Source: a virus (Monodnaviria; Loebvirae; Hofneiviricota; Faserviricetes; Tubulavirales; Inoviridae). Taken from it: DNA of 8,130 bases. This document shows positions 6,661-8,130 of this stretch, in pieces. Location of the stretch: positions 1 to 8,130 of IMG/VR virus record IMGVR_UViG_2537561933_000001, one strand, 5' to 3'. Each line of letters starts with the position of its first letter. The stretch's first letter is position 1. The notes below the pieces were generated by a model that was given only the letters and a program-made list of their open reading frames with translations, was not told where the DNA came from and made no database searches. The position numbers were made by a program, and so were the translations under genes.

Positions 6661-6746
6661 TAACGAAAGACCCCCGCAGTAATCGCGCCGAGGCCAAAAG
6701 AAATAACGATGCCAGACGCTATCAAAATTTGAATAACATCGTCCAT
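6660..6746 (-). CDS. VII: pVII-like small minor coat protein (28 aa); not in the ORF track
   Basis: Manually translated: ATG 6744-6746, 2 nt after gV stop, giving MDDVIQILIASGIVISFGLGAITAGVFR, stop TAA 6660-6662. Resembles M13 pVII (..MIQISVVLCFALGIIAGGQR). RBS-like AAAGG 6 nt upstream. Confidence 0.75.
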   Translation of the reverse strand: MDDVIQILIASGIVISFGLGAITAGVFR

Positions 6747-6748
6747 AT

Positions 6749-7066
6749 TTAACCTTTGATCTCTGCGATGCCACCATCGGAAGCAACATTATAAGTTACA
6801 CCTTCCCTACCCTCCATTGACCACGCACGGACATAGACAGGAATTTGAACTAATTTCCCAATGAAAGCATTCGCCTGGTTCATTAGACCTGCGTTAACGA
6901 GAGCCTGAGAAACTCGAATAATAATTTGATCCTGCTTTGTACCACCAAAACCATCAGGTATTTCAAGGCCAATACCAATTTCATTATAATAGCCCTGACC
7001 ATTAACTTTATTACGTTGGCGGGCTCCCAACATTTTACCCTTAACGAAAAGACCATAATTAGACAT
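6749..7066 (-). CDS. Putative ssDNA-binding protein (gV position), 105 aa
   Basis: Assignment by synteny (between gII and gVII) and size. ATG 7064-7066 preceded by AAAGGAAAG. Sequence is not obviously similar to M13/IKe pV from memory, so the function is positional inference. Confidence 0.55.
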   Translation of the reverse strand: MSNYGLFVKGKMLGARQRNKVNGQGYYNEIGIGLEIPDGFGGTKQDQIIIRVSQALVNAGLMNQANAFIGKLVQIPVYVRAWSMEGREGVTYNVASDGGIAEIKG

Positions 7067-7077
7067 ATTACTTTCCT

Positions 7078-7440
7078 TTAATGCCAGCTACTGGCGTGCG
7101 AAATACGGTTGTAATCGAAAATAAAACCTTTCTCATAAATCCATAAGGGGATTTCCGCTGGCTTGGCTTCCAGCGTTCTTATTAGCGGAACAACGTTATT
7201 AGAGTCTGGTGAATCACAATAGAAATTAATATCGATACCGAACGAAAGCAATTCTCTTCTATGGCGATAAAAAGTGTTATGAGGTAACATTTCTTTCATG
7301 TTAGCCCCTTGTTTCCAAAGTAAATAAGTTGACTGTATTTTTCTTGGCAGTTTCGTTATTTTTTCATCACTTAAAATAGCATTCTGATTCATTTCTATTC
7401 TCCCTACATATTCAGAGAATAATTGACGTGGTGTTTTCAT
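7078..7440 (-). CDS. Candidate pX (in-frame internal start within gII, C-terminal 120 aa)
   Basis: In-frame ATG at 7438-7440 (M231 of the gII product) gives a C-terminal product of similar size to Ff pX (111 aa). Only a weak RBS-like GGAA upstream. Purely by analogy with Ff gene X. Confidence 0.3.
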   Translation of the reverse strand: MKTPRQLFSEYVGRIEMNQNAILSDEKITKLPRKIQSTYLLWKQGANMKEMLPHNTFYRHRRELLSFGIDINFYCDSPDSNNVVPLIRTLEAKPAEIPLWIYEKGFIFDYNRISHASSWH

Positions 7441-8130
7441 ATTCCAGTTAGCGCCAAGCGTTAAATTTAAATCAATAAGCTCAGTTGTTCTTAATGTTAA
7501 TTCAATACGTAATTTATCTTTCGTCCAGTCCAGTAACCCGGCTCGTACAAACTCTTCGGCTATCTGGTGCCCTTTTTTACCAGAAACGTGTTCATCATAT
7601 TTTGAATAAAATTTTAGACTCCATCGACGGGAGTTTTTACCTAAATAAACTGTACCGCCTTTCCCACATGCGCGACCATGGCGTGTTTTAGCTTTAAATT
7701 CGGCGGCATAAAGCCATGATCTGACATTTTCCAGCGTAGATAATGAATACATGTAATTAATGTCAATACGTGAAATTTTATACTGACCTGCCATAACGGC
7801 TTTATAAGACGCTAAATCATGAGGAATATTCAATAAGGATAAAATCCTGGCATAGACCGTCAACATGAGCCCTTGTATATCATCCGACCCAACAACAGAA
7901 TGCCCCTGCAGAAACTTGGAAGGATTACCATCAATGTACAAATGTGTCGCTTTACCTTCGCCATTAGATCCTATCGATCGTACTTTCATCGTTGCTTCAT
8001 GCGAGCCGCGAACAGTCAGTCGCTTAACGGTTTCCCACTCAATTGCACCGTCAGCATCAACGCTGACAACACTCCCCGCCGGAAGCGGTTTGTGTGTGCA
8101 AGGGAAAATCCCGGTAAGCCAATCGATCAC
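7078..8130 (-). CDS. II: Replication initiation protein (gII-like rolling-circle initiator); begins at GTG exactly at the window edge
   Basis: 350-aa ORF at the gII position, directly upstream of gV. N-terminus MIDWL... resembles M13 pII N-terminus (MIDML...) as I recall it. Start codon GTG at 8128-8130 coincides with the window end, so an upstream extension or RBS cannot be checked. Stop TAA 7078-7080. Confidence 0.8.
   Translation of the reverse strand: MIDWLTGIFPCTHKPLPAGSVVSVDADGAIEWETVKRLTVRGSHEATMKVRSIGSNGEGKATHLYIDGNPSKFLQGHSVVGSDDIQGLMLTVYARILSLLNIPHDLASYKAVMAGQYKISRIDINYMYSLSTLENVRSWLYAAEFKAKTRHGRACGKGGTVYLGKNSRRWSLKFYSKYDEHVSGKKGHQIAEEFVRAGLLDWTKDKLRIELTLRTTELIDLNLTLGANWNMKTPRQLFSEYVGRIEMNQNAILSDEKITKLPRKIQSTYLLWKQGANMKEMLPHNTFYRHRRELLSFGIDINFYCDSPDSNNVVPLIRTLEAKPAEIPLWIYEKGFIFDYNRISHASSWH

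Larger units (their letters stand above)
1547..8130 (-). mobile_element. Ff/IKe-like inovirus prophage integrated at dif (partial; continues beyond window end at 8130)
   Basis: Contiguous, same-strand, tightly packed gene set gII-gV-gVII-gIX-gVIII-gIII-gVI-gI-gIV with clear protein-level resemblance to M13/IKe proteins, followed by two cargo ORFs and an exact dif site. Stop/start overlaps typical of Ff phages. Confidence 0.85.

Noticed and set aside
6565-6789. 74-aa minus-strand ORF as a single gene
   Set aside because: Its 5' part overlaps the end of gV in another frame. Only the C-terminal 31 aa from ATG 6658-6660 (pIX-like) is plausible, with pVII encoded separately in a different frame.
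7485-7691. 68-aa plus-strand ORF antisense to gII
   Set aside because: Antisense to a supported replication gene, with no RBS or motif.
1-8130. CRISPR arrays, tRNA or rRNA genes
   Set aside because: No regularly spaced direct repeats, cloverleaf-like conserved tRNA features or rRNA-like stretches were seen. The only tandem repetition is the Gly-linker coding repeat inside gIII.

Overview
The window is one end of an Ff/IKe-like filamentous phage (inovirus) prophage, with every gene on the minus strand, abutting an exact 28-bp E. coli-type dif site. Reading 5'->3' on the minus strand (8130 down to 2342) the order is the canonical Ff order: gII replication initiator (with candidate internal gX), gV-like ssDNA-binding protein, gVII, gIX, gVIII major coat, a hairpin terminator, gIII adsorption protein, gVI, gI (with candidate internal gXI) and gIV secretin. 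Homology calls rest on my recollection of M13/IKe protein sequences and on synteny, not on a database search. Past gIV lie two small cargo genes of unknown function (102 aa, and a 77-aa zinc-ribbon protein), then the dif site at 1547-1574 (identity to the canonical sequence is from memory), then a large tyrosine recombinase gene (1-1455). This looks like a dif-integrated (XerCD-exploiting, IMEX-type) Ff/IKe-like prophage, which is unusual because the Ff group is classically episomal. The cargo pair and the dif-adjacent recombinase are the best candidates for undescribed biology. The window ends at the gII start codon, so the origin/intergenic region and the second junction are not visible. No rRNA, tRNA or CRISPR array was seen.
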